From NCBI RefSeq assembly GCF_963921235.1, contig NC_086097.1:254574001-254638000 (forward strand): 64,000 nucleotides of DNA, written 5' to 3'. The notes under the pieces were generated by a model, which saw only the letters and a program-made list of their open reading frames with translations, was not told the DNA's origin and searched no databases. This DNA is from Mobula hypostoma (Eukaryota). A program made the translations under genes and the position numbers. Within the stretch, counting starts at the first letter, position 1. Every line of letters starts with the position of its first letter. This document shows positions 36,219 through 48,600 of the stretch, piece by piece.

Positions 36219-37204
36219 TTCTAAATCAAATATAGAAGGAACAACACTTTATCCTTCAACTTCTTCAAAACTGAAACATCCTAACTTTAAACTACTTAAA
36301 ATATTGGGCTAGATTGTACTGTACCAATCACGTAATGGAATGTGGCCTTAGACTTGTCATTCCAAGCTCCGCTATTATACGTTTTGGTAAAGCAGGATGC
36401 TGATAATTCGAATTGATGTGAGCACCGAGGGGCTAACAGGATACCTGGGTCCTTACTGAACAAGGACAGCAACAACGAAGGTCTCCTTTACAAGTGAGGA
36501 TTGTGAGAATGCAAGGGCTGACAAGTATTTTAAACTTCAGAGTCACATCAACAGAATGAGTTAAAAGTGAATTTAGAGATTTAAAAAAGTCTATAAACTT
36601 GCAAATACATTGTCAAAATTATGTGATATTATATACATAATCTGGCATTATATTACATATAGAAATTGGCATTTTAACATTTGGCCTTCCAAGATCAATC
36701 TAACCTTTCCCTCCTACATAACCCTACATTTTTCTATCACCCAAGTGCCTATCTAAGAGTTTCTTCTGTGTCCCTAATGTATTTGCCTCCACCTCGACCT
36801 CTGGCAGGGCATTCAAAACACTCACTACTCTCTGTGCAAAAAACTTGCCTTTGACAACCCCCGTCGTACTTTCCGACAAATATCTTAAAATTATGTGGCC
36901 TAGTATTAGCAATTAGATTTTTTAAAATAAATTATATATAATCTAACAATTTAGCAGTGTCCAACAATTCATTCTTGTTGAAATTAGAATTGTTGCTGAA
37001 AATAGTTCTTATTTAATACCAGTGATCTTGATGGACGGTAGTTAATAGATCACTTTGCTAAACTGGTTTTTAACTTTTAGATGTTACAACTTTAACCATC
37101 AGTGGTTCAACCAACCCGCTTCAGCTTACAGTCCAACAAAGTTCAAAGTACAAAGTGAATATAAAGTTCAAAGTACAAAGTGAATTTACTATCGCAGTAT
37201 CCAT

Positions 37205-38050
37205 ATAGAGTCTCAGAGTCATATAGCACAGAATGAGGCCCTTCGGCCCATCTAGTCCATGCTGATCTATTAATCTATTTAGTCCTATTGATCTGCACCT
37301 GGATGATAGACACTCCATATGTGCTAATCAAAATTTCTCTTAAATGTTGAAATCCAACCTGTTTCACCTTTCACCCTTAACCCTTGGCCTCCAGATCACC
37401 CAACCTCTGGAAAAAGCCTGTTTGCATTTACCCTATCTATACCCCACATAATTTTGTAGACGTCTATCAAATCTCCCCTCATTCTCCTACACTCCAAGGA
37501 ATAAAGTCCGAACCTGTTCACTTTTCCCTAGAATTCAGGTCCTCAAGTCCTGGCAACATTCTTGTAAATTTTCCATGTACTCTTTCAATCTTATTGATAT
37601 CTTTCACGTTGGTTTGTGACCAAAACTGTACTCAATACTCCAAATTAGGCCTCACAATTGTCTTCTACAACTCCATTACTCAATACCTTGATTTATGAAG
37701 GCCAGTGTGCCAAGAGACATTGACCATAATATATAGGAGCAGAATGAGACCATTCAGCCCATTGAGTCTGCTCCATCATGTCATGATAGCTGATCCATTT
37801 CCCTGCTCAGCCCCAGTCTCATAACTCTTCTCCCTGTATCCCTTTATGCCCCGAGTCATGAAGAATCTATCAACCTCTGCCTTAAACATACCCAGTGACT
37901 TGGCCTCCACAGCTGCCTGTGGCACCAACCACCAGCTGGCTAAATAAATTCCTCCTCATCTCCATTCTAAAAGGATGTCCCTCTATTTAGAGGCTGTATC
38001 CTCTGGTCTTAGATTCCAAACCTTCCTTTACAACCCTATCTACCAGCATG
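37205..38050 (-). mobile_element. Two nested degenerate CR1 3' fragments
   Basis: CR1 C-terminal and 3' UTR sequence; a second tail starts at ~37723. Confidence 0.75.
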
Positions 38051-38711
38051 GATATCCTCACTAATCCCAACACTGAACTGATTCCACAACCTATGGACTC
38101 TTTCAGGGACTCTATAACTTGTTCTCAATATTGACTATTGTTGTTTGTTTTCTTTTTTGGATTTGCATAGCTTGTTGTCTTTTGGTTGCTTGTCCGTCTC
38201 TGCATGTTTCACTGTCTATTGTGTTTCTTTGTATTTACTGTGAATGCCCGCAAGAAAATGGATCTTAGGGTTGCATTTGGTGACATATATCCTTTGACAA
38301 TAAATCTTTGAGCATAACCAGGACTAACAAACAACCAATGTGTAAAAAGACAAACCGTGCAAATAATAAATACTGTATATAGAAAGAGAAGTATAGCCCA
38401 GCTTTCAACAGCCAAATACATACAATACTGTACTTGATATTATGAATTCGTGTAAACTAGCTGTACTACCTCTACCTAAATATTAACACTATTTGCCTCA
38501 TTTATCTAAGAGCAATGTCTGCCACAATAATAAACTGAAACATAATATTGACAGTCAGGGTATAAACACATCGAAACTGTATACATCTAGATTGCCCATG
38601 GACAGATATACAGCAACATCACTGCACAATACAGTTTACAGTAACAAACTCGTGGTAACAAGGCAGTATTGAGAACGGTCTCAATTCAATAGGAATTGTA
38701 TTGACGACCAT

Positions 38712-38922
38712 CAGAATTCCACCAAGCCCGGCTGCGAGAGGAGGAGGGTTAGCAACCCCATCCCGTAAAGACCCAGAGCTACAGAAACGCCGACAGAATC
38801 TCCAGAGGAGAGGATGCGTCTTCACCGGGCTACACCTAGGGCAAACTGAAAAACTGGCCCAGGACTGGGGACTCTGGCGAGCTGCTGTTGGCGGCCTATG
38901 CCACAGTCGGGGTAAGTAAGTA
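38712..38922 (+). mobile_element. Short RTE-derived non-autonomous element with (TAAG)n tail
   Basis: RTE-like C-terminal motif LAQDWGLWRAAVGGLC followed by GTAAGTAAGTA. Confidence 0.65.
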
Positions 38923-38959
38923 TTATCAGGGTTTATTAATGCAGAGATTAGGCACTGAC

Positions 38960-39405
38960 CTGGATCGCTGTAAATCGAAAGCGGCGCTGCCAATCTGGCC
39001 CTGCTCCAGGCAGTAGTTGGGCACTGACGCCTGTCTCAGGAAAGCAGTGGGCACAATTCCCAGAGTGAAGGAATTGATCCTCCCCCTGGGGGAAGCGCCC
39101 GCGCCGCCGGTGTGCACCCTGCGCTCGGCACACCTCGCCGTCGGCTCCCCTTCCGCTGCATTCCCGCAGCTCGCAGCGCCGGCTCTGCAGGACAGGCAGG
39201 AGTCGGTGCGGGTCGGTGCTTCCTCCTCGTCCTCCTGCGCTTCACCCTCACCCTGCGCCGGACGCCCATCCAGGGAGATGTTGGTGAGGAAGCTGAGAGC
39301 CGCCTGCCTTCTCCTCGGGTCTATGCGCTTCTTGGGGGGCTCCAGGCTGCCGTGAGCGGCGTGCAGTGCGGCCGAGCTGCTGTTGCCGCGCGTAGCAGCC
39401 GCCAT
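38960..39405 (-). CDS. CABLES1: CDK5 and ABL1 enzyme substrate 1, coding exon 1 (148 codons + 2 nt, phase-2 donor)
   Basis: The translation has the CABLES1 N-terminal motifs 'EPPKKRIDPRRRQAALSFLTNISLDGR' and 'RGRINSFTLGIVPTAFLRQ...NYCLEQ...FDLQRSR'. The ATG is in GCGATGG context with an in-frame TAG two codons upstream. A donor AG|GTCAGT at 38960/38959 falls after LQRS, matching the exon-1 boundary I recall for vertebrate CABLES1. Confidence 0.93.
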
Positions 39406-39630
39406 CGCCTAGTGCTAATGCCAACCCTCTGCCCGCTGTCTGCAGATGTGGATTTATATCACTATGCATGTAGAAATCTGTCCGAGTATGTTATAGATGT
39501 GAATGCATATCTGTCCGCTCGTGTGTCTGTGTCCGCATCTACGTGTGGGTACATGAGCGAGCGTGAAGCTGCACCGCACCGTGCGGACACTTTGAAGCGC
39601 TCCGGCAGTCCCCGGACTGGGATGGGGCGG
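39000..39630. promoter_or_regulatory. CpG island covering CABLES1 exon 1 and the 5' UTR / proximal promoter
   Basis: High GC and many intact CpGs, against a CpG-depleted background. Confidence 0.7.
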
Positions 39631-42600
39631 AGAGAGGGGTGGGAAGGGGAAGGGAGGGGAGGGAGGAAGGAGAGAGAGGGGAGGAGAGATAGGGGAAGAG
39701 AGAGAGGGTAGGGAGGGAGGAGGGAGAGGGGAGGGATGAGGGAGGAGGGGAGGGAGGGAGGAGGGGAGGGAGGGAGGGAGGAGGGGAGGGAGGGAGGAGG
39801 GAGGAGGGGAGGGAGGGAGGAGGGGAGGGAGGAGGGAGGAGGGGGGGAGGGAGGAGGGAGGAGGGGGGGAGGGAGGAGGGAGGAGGGAGGAGGGGGGGAG
39901 GGAGGAGGGAGGAGGGGGGGAGGGAGGAGGGAGGAGGGGAGGGAGGGGAGGGAGGGAGGGAGGAGGGGAGGGAGGGAGGGAGGGAGGGAGGGAGGGGAGG
40001 GAGGGAGGGGAGGGAGGGAGGGGAGGGAGGGAGGAGGGAGGAGGGGAGGGAGGGAGGAGAGGGAGGGAGGGAGGGAGGAGGGAGGGAGGGAGGGAGGGAG
40101 GGGGAGGGAGGGGAGGGAGGGAGGGAGGGAGGAGGGAGGGAGGGAGGAGGGAGGGGAGGGAGGAGGGAGGGGAGGGAGGAGGGAGGAGGGGAGGGAGGAG
40201 GGAGGGAGGAGAGAGAGGGGAGGGAGGGAGGAGAGAGAGGGGAGGAGAGAGAGGGAGGGGAGGGAGGAGAGAGAGGGTAGGGAGGGAGGAGAGAGAGGGG
40301 AGGGAGAGGGGAGGGAGAGGGGAGGGAGAGGGGAGGGAGAGAGGGAGGGGAGGGAGAGAGGGAGGAGAGAGAGGGGAGGGAGGGAGGAGAGAGGGGAGGG
40401 AGGGAGGGGAGAGAGGGGAGGGAGGGAGGAGAGAGAGGGGAGGGAGGGAGGGGAGAGAGGGGAGGGAGGGAGGGAGAGAGAGAGGGAGGGAGGGAGGGAG
40501 AGAGAGGGGAGGGGAGGGAGGGAGGAGAGAGAGGGGAGGAAGGGAGGAGAGAGAGGGGAGGGGGGGAGGGAGGAGAGAGAGGGGAGGGGGAGGGAGGAGA
40601 GAGAGGGGAGGGGGAGGGAGGAGAGAGAGGGGAGGGGGGAGGGAGGAGAGAGAGGGGAGGGGGGAGGGAGGAGAGAGAGAGGGAGGGAGGGAGGGGGAGA
40701 GAGAGGGGAGGGAGGAGAGAGAGAGGGAGGGAGGAGAGAGAGGGGAGGGAGGGAGGGAGAGAGGGGAGGGAGGGAGGGAGAGAGGGGAGGGAGGGAGGGA
40801 GAGAGGGGAGGGAGGGAGGAGAGAGAGGGGAGGGAGGGAGGGAGGGAGGAGAGAGAGGGGAGGGAGGGAGGGAGGGAGGAGAGAGAGGGAGGAGAGAGAG
40901 GAGAGAGAGGGAGGAGAGAGAGGGGAGGGAGGGGAGGGAGAGAGAGAGGGGAGGGAGGGAGAGAGGGGAGGGAGGGAGGGAGGAGAGAGAGGGGGGGAGG
41001 GAGGAGGGAGGAGGGGGGGGAGGGAGGAGGGAGGAGGGGAGGGAGGGAGGAGGGGAGGGAGGGAGGGGAGGGAGGGAGGAGGGAGGAGGGGAGGGAGGGA
41101 GGAGGTAGGAGGGGAGGGAGGGAGGAGGGAGGGGAGGGAGAGGGAGGGAGGGAGGAGGGAGGGGAGGGAGGGAGGAGGGAGGGGAGGGAGGGAGGGGAGG
41201 GAGGAGGGAGGGAGGGAGGGAGGGAGGGAGGAGAGAGAGAGGGAGGGAGGGAGGAGAGAGGAGGGAGGGAGGAGAGAGAGGGGAGGGAGGGAGGAGAGAG
41301 AGGGGAGGAGAGAGAGGGAGGGGAGGGAGGAGAGAGAGGGTAGGGAGGGAGGAGAGAGAGGGGAGGGAGAGGGGAGGGAGAGGGGAGGGAGAGAGGGAGG
41401 GGAGGGAGAGAGGGAGGAGAGAGAGGAGGGAGGGAGGAGAGAGGGGAGGGAGGGAGGAGAGAGAGGGGAGGGAGGGAGGAGAGAGAGGGGAGGGAGGGAG
41501 GGGAGAGAGGGGAGGGAGGGAGGAGAGAGAGGGAGGGAGGGAGGAGAGAGAGGGGAGGGAGGGAGGGAGGAGAGAGAGAGAGGGAGGGAGGGAGGGAGGA
41601 GAGAGAGGGGAGGAAGGGAGGAGAGAGAGGGGAGGGGGGAGGGAGGAGAGAGAGGGGAGGGGGAGGGAGGAGAGAGAGGGGAGGGGGGAGGGAGGAGAGA
41701 GAGGGGAGGGGGGAGGGAGGAGAGAGAGGGGAGGGAGGGAGGGAGGGAGGAGAGAGAGGGGAGGGAGGAGAGAGAGGGGAGGGAGGGAGGGAGAGAGGGG
41801 AGGGAGGGAGGGAGAGAGGGGAGGGAGGGAGGAGAGAGAGGGGAGGGAGGGAGGGAGGGAGGAGAGAGAGGGGAGGGAGGGAGGGAGGGAGGAGAGAGAG
41901 GGGGAGAGAGAGAGGGGAGGAGAGAGAGGAGAGAGAGGAGAGGAGAGGGAGGGAGGGGAGGGAGAGAGAGAGGGGAGGGAGGGAGAGAGGGGAGGGAGGG
42001 AGGGAGGAGAGAGAGGGGAGGGAGGGAGGAGGGGAGGGAGGGAGGGAGGAGAGAGAGGGGAGGGAGGGGAGGGAGGGAGGGAGGAGAGAGGGGAGGGGGG
42101 AGGAGAGAGGGGAGGGAGAGAGGGGAGGGAGAGAGGAGAGAGGGGAGGGAGGGAGGAGAGAGGGGAGGGAGGGAGGAGAGAGGGGGAGGGAGGGAGGAGA
42201 GAGGGGGGGAGGGAGGAGAGGAGGGAGGGAGGGAGGGAGGGAGGAGAGAGGGGAGGGAGGGAGGGAGGGAGGGAGAGAGAGGGGAGGAGGGAGGGAGGGG
42301 AGAGAGGGGAGGAGGGAGGGAGGGGAGAGAGGGGAGGAGGGAGGGAGGAGAGAGGGGAGGGAGGGGAGAGAGAGGGGATGAGGGAGGGAGGGGAGAGAGG
42401 GGAGGAGGGAGGGAGGGGAGAGAGGGGAGGAGGGAGGGAGGAGAGGGAGGGGAGGGAGGGGAGAGAGGGGAGGAGGGAGGGAGGAGAGAGAGGGGAGGGA
42501 GGAGAGAGAGGGGAGGGAGGAGAGAGAGGGGAGGGAGGAGGGAGAGGGGAGAGAGGGGAGGGAGGGAGGGAGGAGAGAGAGGGGAGGGAGGGAGGGAGGG

Positions 42601-45600
42601 GAGAGAGGGGAGGGAGGGAGGGAGGGGAGGGAGGGAGGGAGGGGAGGGAGGGAGGGAGGAGAGAGAGGGGAGGGAGGGAGGGAGGAGAGAGGGGAGGGGG
42701 GAGGAGGGAGGGAGGAGAGAGGGGAGGGGGGAGGAGAGAGGGGGGGAGGGGGGAGGAGAGAGGGAGGGAGGGAGGAGAGAGGGGAGGGAGGGAGGGGAGA
42801 GAGGGGAGGGAGGGAGGGGAGAGAGGGGAGGGAGGGAGGGGAGAGAGGGGAGGGAGGGAGGGGAGAGAGGGGAGGGAGGGAGGGAGGAGAGAGAGGGAGG
42901 GAGGGAGGGAGGAGAGAGGGGAGGGGGGAGGAGGGAGGGAGGAGAGAGGGGAGGGGGAGGAGAGGGGGGAGGAGAGAGGGAGGGAGGGAGGAGAGAGGGG
43001 AGGGGAGGGAGGGAGGAGAGAGGGGAGGGAGGGAGGGGAGAGAGAGGGGAGGGAGGGAGGAGAGAGGGGAGGGAGGGAGGGGAGAGAGAGGGGAGGGAGG
43101 GGAGAGAGGGCAGGGAGGGAGGGAGGAGAGAGGGGAGGGAGGGAGGGGAGAGAGGGGAGGGAGGGAGGGGAGAGAGGGGAGGGAGGGAGGGAGAGAGAGG
43201 GGAGGGGAGGGAGGGAGAGAGAGAGGGGAGGAGGGAGGAGAGAGAGGGAGGGGGGAGGGAGAGAGAGAGGGGAGGGGGGAGGGAGGAGAGAGAGGGGAGG
43301 GGGAGGGAGGAGAGAGAGGGGAGGGGGGAGGGAGGAGAGAGAGGGGAGGGGGGAGGGAGGAGAGAGAGGGGAGGGAGGGAGGGAGGGAGGAGAGAGAGGG
43401 GAGGGAGGAGAGAGAGGGGAGGGAGGGAGGGAGAGAGGGGAGGGAGGGAGGGAGAGAGGGGAGGGAGGGAGGAGAGAGAGGGGAGGGAGGGAGGGAGGGA
43501 GGGAGAGAGAGGGGAGGGAGGGAGGGAGGGAGGGGAGAGAGAGGGGAGGAGAGGGAGGGAGGGAGGAGAGAGAGGGAGGAGAGAGAGGGAGGAGAGAGAG
43601 GAGAGAGAGGGAGGAGAGAGAGGGGAGGGAGGGGAGGGAGAGAGAGAGGGGAGGGAGAGAGAGAGGGGAGGGAGGGAGAGAGGGGAGGGAGGGAGAGAGG
43701 GGAGGGAGGGAGGGAGGAGAGAGAGGGGAGGGAGGGAGGAGGGGAGGGAGGGAGGGAGGAGAGAGAGGGGAGGGAGGGGAGGGAGGGGAGGGAGGGAGGG
43801 AGGGAGGAGAGAGGGGAGGGGGGAGGAGAGAGGGGAGGGAGAGAGGGGAGGGAGAGAGGAGAGAGGGGAGGGAGGGAGGAGAGAGGGGAGGGAGGGAGGA
43901 GAGAGGGGGGAGGGAGGGAGGAGAGAGGGAGGGAGGGAGGAGAGAGGGGAGGGAGGGGAGAGAGAGGGGAGGAGGGAGGGAGGGGAGAGAGGGGAGGAGG
44001 GAGGGAGGGGAGAGAGGGGAGGAGGGAGGGAGGAGAGAGGGGAGGGAGGGGAGAGAGAGGGGATGAGGGAGGGAGGGGAGAGAGGGGAGGAGGGAGGGAG
44101 GGGAGAGAGGGGAGGAGGGAGGGAGGGGAGAGAGGGGGGAGGGAGAGGGGGAGAGGGGAGGAGGGAGGGAGGGGAGGGAGGGAGGGAGAGGGGAGGAGGG
44201 AGGGAGGAGAGAGAGGGGAGGGAGGAGAGAGAGGGGAGGGAGGAGAGAGAGGGGAGGGAGGAGGGAGAGGGGAGAGAGGGGAGGGAGGGAGGGAGGGAGG
44301 AGAGAGAGGGGAGGGAGGGAGGGAGGGAGAGAGGGGAGGGAGGGAGGGAGGGGAGGGAGGGAGGGAGGAGAGAGGGGAGGGGGGAGGAGGGAGGGAGGAG
44401 AGAGGGGAGGGGGGAGGAGAGAGGGGGGAGGAGAGAGGGGAGGGAGGGAGGAGAGAGGGGAGGGAGGGAGGGGAGAGAGAGGGGAGGGAGGGGAGAGAGG
44501 GCAGGGAGGGAGGGAGGGAGGGGAGAGAGAGGGGAGGGAGGGGAGAGAGGGCAGGGAGGGAGGGAGGAGAGAGGGGAGGGAGGGAGGGGAGAGAGGGGAG
44601 GGAGGGAGGGGAGAGAGGGGAGGGAGGGAGGGGAGAGAGAGGGGAGGGGAGGGAGGGAGGGAGAGAGAGGGGAGGAAGGGAGGAGAGAGAGGGGAGGGGG
44701 GAGGGAGGAGAGAGAGGGGAGGGGGAGGGAGGAGAGAGAGGGGAGGGGGGAGGGAGGAGAGAGAGGGGAGGGGGGAGGGAGGAGAGAGAGAGAGGGAGGG
44801 AGGGAGGGAGGGAGAGAGAGAGAGAGAGAGAGAGGGAGGAGAGAGAGGGGAGGGAGGGAGGGAGAGAGGGGAGGGAGGGAGGGAGAGAGGGGAGGAGGGA
44901 GGGAGGAGAGAGAGAGGGAGGGAGGGAGGGAGAGAGAGAGAGGGAGGGAGGGAGGGAGGGAGGAGAGAGAGGGGAGGGAGGGAGGGAGGGAGGAGAGAGA
45001 GGGAGGAGGGAGGGAGGGAGGAGAGAGAGGAGAGAGAGAGAGGAGAGAGAGAGGAGAGAGAGGGAGGAGAGAGAGGGGAGGGAGGGGAGGGAGAGAGAGA
45101 GGGGAGGGAGAGAGAGAGGGGAGGGAGGGAGAGAGGGGAGGGAGGGAGGGAGGAGAGAGAGGGGAGGGAGGGAGGAGGGGAGGGAGGGAGGGAGGAGAGA
45201 GAGGGGAGGGAGGGGAGTGAGGGAGGGAGGGAGGGAGGAGAGAGGGGAGGGGGGAGGAGAGAGGGGAGGGAGAGAGGGGAGGGAGAGAGGAGAGAGGGGA
45301 GGGAGGGAGGAGAGAGGGGAGGGAGGGAGGAGAGAGGGGGGGAGGGAGGGAGGAGAGAGGGGGGGAGGGAGGGAGGAGAGAGGGGAGGGAGGGGAGAGAG
45401 AGGGGAGGAGGGAGGGAGGGGAGAGAGGGGAGGAGGGAGGGAGGGGAGAGAGGGGAGGAGGGAGGGAGGAGAGAGGGGAGGGAGGGGAGAGAGAGGGGAT
45501 GAGGGAGGGAGGGGAGAGAGGGGAGGAGGGAGGGAGGGGAGAGAGGGGAGGAGGGAGGGAGGGGAGAGAGGGGAGGAGGGAGGGAGGAGAGGGAGGGGAG

Positions 45601-48600
45601 GGAGGGGAGAGAGGGGAGGAGGGAGGGAGGAGAGAGAGGGGAGGGAGGAGAGAGAGGGGAGGGAGGAGAGAGAGGGGAGGGAGGAGGGAGAGGGGAGAGA
45701 GGGGAGGGAGGGAGGGAGGGAGGAGAGAGAGGGGAGGGAGGGAGGGAGGGGAGAGAGGGGAGGGAGGGAGGGAGGGAGGGAGGGAGGGAGGAGAGAGGGG
45801 AGGGGGGAGGAGGGAGGGAGGAGAGAGGGGAGGGGGGAGGAGAGAGGGGGGAGGGGGGAGGAGAGAGGGAGGGAGGGAGGAGAGAGGGAGGGAGGGAGGG
45901 GAGAGAGGGGAGGGAGGGAGGGGAGAGAGGGGAGGGAGGGAGGGGAGAGAGGGGAGGGAGGGAGGGGAGAGAGGGGAGGGAGGGAGGGAGGAGAGAGGGG
46001 AGGGAGGGAGGGAGGAGAGAGGGGAGGGGGGAGGAGGGAGGGAGGAGAGAGGGGAGGGGGAGGAGAGGGGGGGAGGAGAGAGGGGAGGGAGGGAGGAGAG
46101 AGGGGAGGGAGGGAGGGGAGAGAGAGGGGAGGGAGGGGAGAGAGGGCAGGGAGGGAGGGAGGAGAGAGGGGAGGGAGGGAGGGGAGAGAGGGGAGGGAGG
46201 GAGGGGAGAGAGGGGAGGGAGGGAGGGAGAGAGAGGGGAGGGAGGGAGGGGAGAGAGGGGAGGGAGGGAGGGGAGAGAGGGGAGGGAGGGAGGGGAGAGA
46301 GGGGAGGGAGGGGAGGGGAGAGAGGGAGGGAGGGAGGGAGGAGAGAGAGGGGAGGGAGGAGAGAGAGGGGAGGGAGGGAGGAGAGAGAGGGGAGGGAGGG
46401 AGGAGAGAGAGGGGAGGGAGGGAGGAGAGAGAGGGGAGGGAGGGAGGAGAGAGAGGGGAGGGAGGAGAGAGAGGGGAGGGAGGGAGGGAGGAGAGAGAGG
46501 GGAGGGAGGGAGGGAGGAGAGAGAGGGGAGGGAGGGAGGGAGGAGAGAGAGGGGAGGGAGGGAGGGAGGGAGAGAGGGGAGGGAGGGAGGAGAGAGGGGA
46601 GGGAGGGAGGAGAGAGGGGAGGGAGGGAGGGAGGAGAGAGAGGGGAGGGAGGGAGGAGAGAGAGGGTAAGGAGGGAGGAGAGAGAGGGGAGGGAGGGAGA
46701 GAGGGGAGGGAGGGAGAGAGGGGAGGGAGGGAGAGAGGGGAGGGAGGGAGGGAGAGAGGGGAGGGAGGGAGGGAGAGAGGGGAGGGAGGGAGGGAGAGGG
46801 GAGGGAGGGAGGGAGAGGGGAGGGAGGGAGGGAGAGGGGAGGGAGGGAGGGAGGAGAGCGAGGGGAGGGAGGAGGGAGGGAGGGAGAGAGGGGAGAGAGG
46901 GAGGGAGAGAGGGGAGGGGGAGAGAGAGGGAGGGAGAGAGGGGAGGGAGGGAGAGAGGGAGGGAGAGAGGGGAGGGAGAGAGGGGAGGGAGAGAGGGGAG
47001 GGAGAGAGGGGAGGGAGGGGAGGGAGAGAGGGGAGGGAGAGAGGGAGGGAGGGAGAGAGGGGAGGGAGGGAGAGAGGGGAGGGAGGGAGAGGAGAGAGAG
47101 GGGAGGGAGGGAGGAGAGAGAGGGGAGGGAGGGAGGGAGGAGAGAGGGAGGGAGGGAGGGAGGAGAGAGGGGAGGGAGGGAGGGGAGAGAGGGGAGGGAG
47201 GGAAGGGAGAGAGAGGGGAGGGAGGGAAGGGAGAGAGAGGGGAGGGAGGGAGGGGAGAGAGAGGGGAGGGAGGGGAGAGAGAGGGGAGGGGGGAGGGAGG
47301 GGAGAGAGAGGGGAGGGGGGAGGGAGGGAGGGAGGGGGGGGGGGGGGGAGGGAGGGAGGGGGGAGGGGGGAGGGAGGGGGGAGGGGGGAGGGAGGGAGGG
47401 AGGGAGGGAGGGGGGGGGGAGGGAGGGGGGGGGAGGGGGGAGGGGGGAGGGGGGAGGGAGGGGGGAGGGAGGGAGGGGGGAGGGGGGAGGGAGGGGGGGG
47501 GGGGGGAGGGGGGAGGGAGGGGGGAGGGGGGAGGGAGGGGGGAGGGGGGGAGGGAGGGAGGGAGGGGGGAGGGGGGAGGGAGGGAGGGGGGAGGGGGGAG
47601 GGAGGGAGGGGGGAGGGGGGAGGGAGTGAGGGGGGAGGGGAGGGGGGGAGGGAGGGGGGAGAGAGGGGAGGGGGGGAGAGAGGGGAGGGAGGGAGGGGGG
47701 GAGGGAGGGAGGGGGGAGAGAGGGGAGGGAGGGAGGGGAGAGAGGGGAGAGAGGGGAGGAGGGAGGGAGGGGATAGAGGGGAGGAGGGAGGGAGGGGATA
47801 GAGGGGAGGAGGGAGGGAGGGGATAGAGGGGAGGAGGGAGGCAGGAGAGAGAGGGGAGGGTGGGAGGAGAGAGAGGGGAGGGTGGGAGGAGAGAGAGGGG
47901 AGGGTGGGAGGGAGGAGAGAGAGGGGAGGGAGGAGAGAGAGGGGAGGGAGGGAGGGAAGGAGGAGAGAGAGGGGAGGGAGGGAGGGAGGAGAGAGAGGGG
48001 AGGGAGGGAGGGAGGAGAGAGAGGGGAGGGAGGGAGGAGAGAGAGGGGAATGAGGGAGGGAGGAGAGAGAGGGGAGGGAGGGAGGAGAGAGAGGGGAGGG
48101 AGGGAGGAGAGAGAGGGGTGGGAGGGAGGAGAGAGAGGGGAGGGAGGGAGGAGGAGAGGGGAGGGAGGGAGGGAGGAGAGAGAGGAGGGAGGGAGGGAGG
48201 AGAGAGAGAGAGGGGAGGGAGGGAGGAGAGAGAGGGGTGGGAGGGAGGAGAGAGAGGGGAGGGAGGGAGGAGAGAGAGGGGAGGGAGGGAGGAGAGAGAG
48301 GGGAGGGAGGGAGGAGAGAGAGGGGAGGGAGGGAGGAGAGAGAGGGGAGGGAGGGTGGGAGGAGAGAGAGGGGAGGGAGGAGAGAGAGGGGAGGGAGGGA
48401 GGAGAGAGAGGGGAGGGAGGAGAGAGAGTGGAGGGAGGGAGAGAGAGGGGAGGGAGGAGAGAGAGTGGAGGGAGGCAGGAGAGAGAGGGGAGGGGGGAGG
48501 GAGGGAGGGAGGAGAGAGAGGGGAGGGGGGAGGGAGGGAGGGAGGAGAGAGAGGGGAGGGAGGGAGGGAGGGAGGAGAGAGGGGAGGGAGGGAGGGAGGG

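Noticed and set aside
38926..38959. ORF-track extension SVPNLCINKP of the CABLES1 ORF
   Set aside because: This is read-through into intron 1 past the GT donor.
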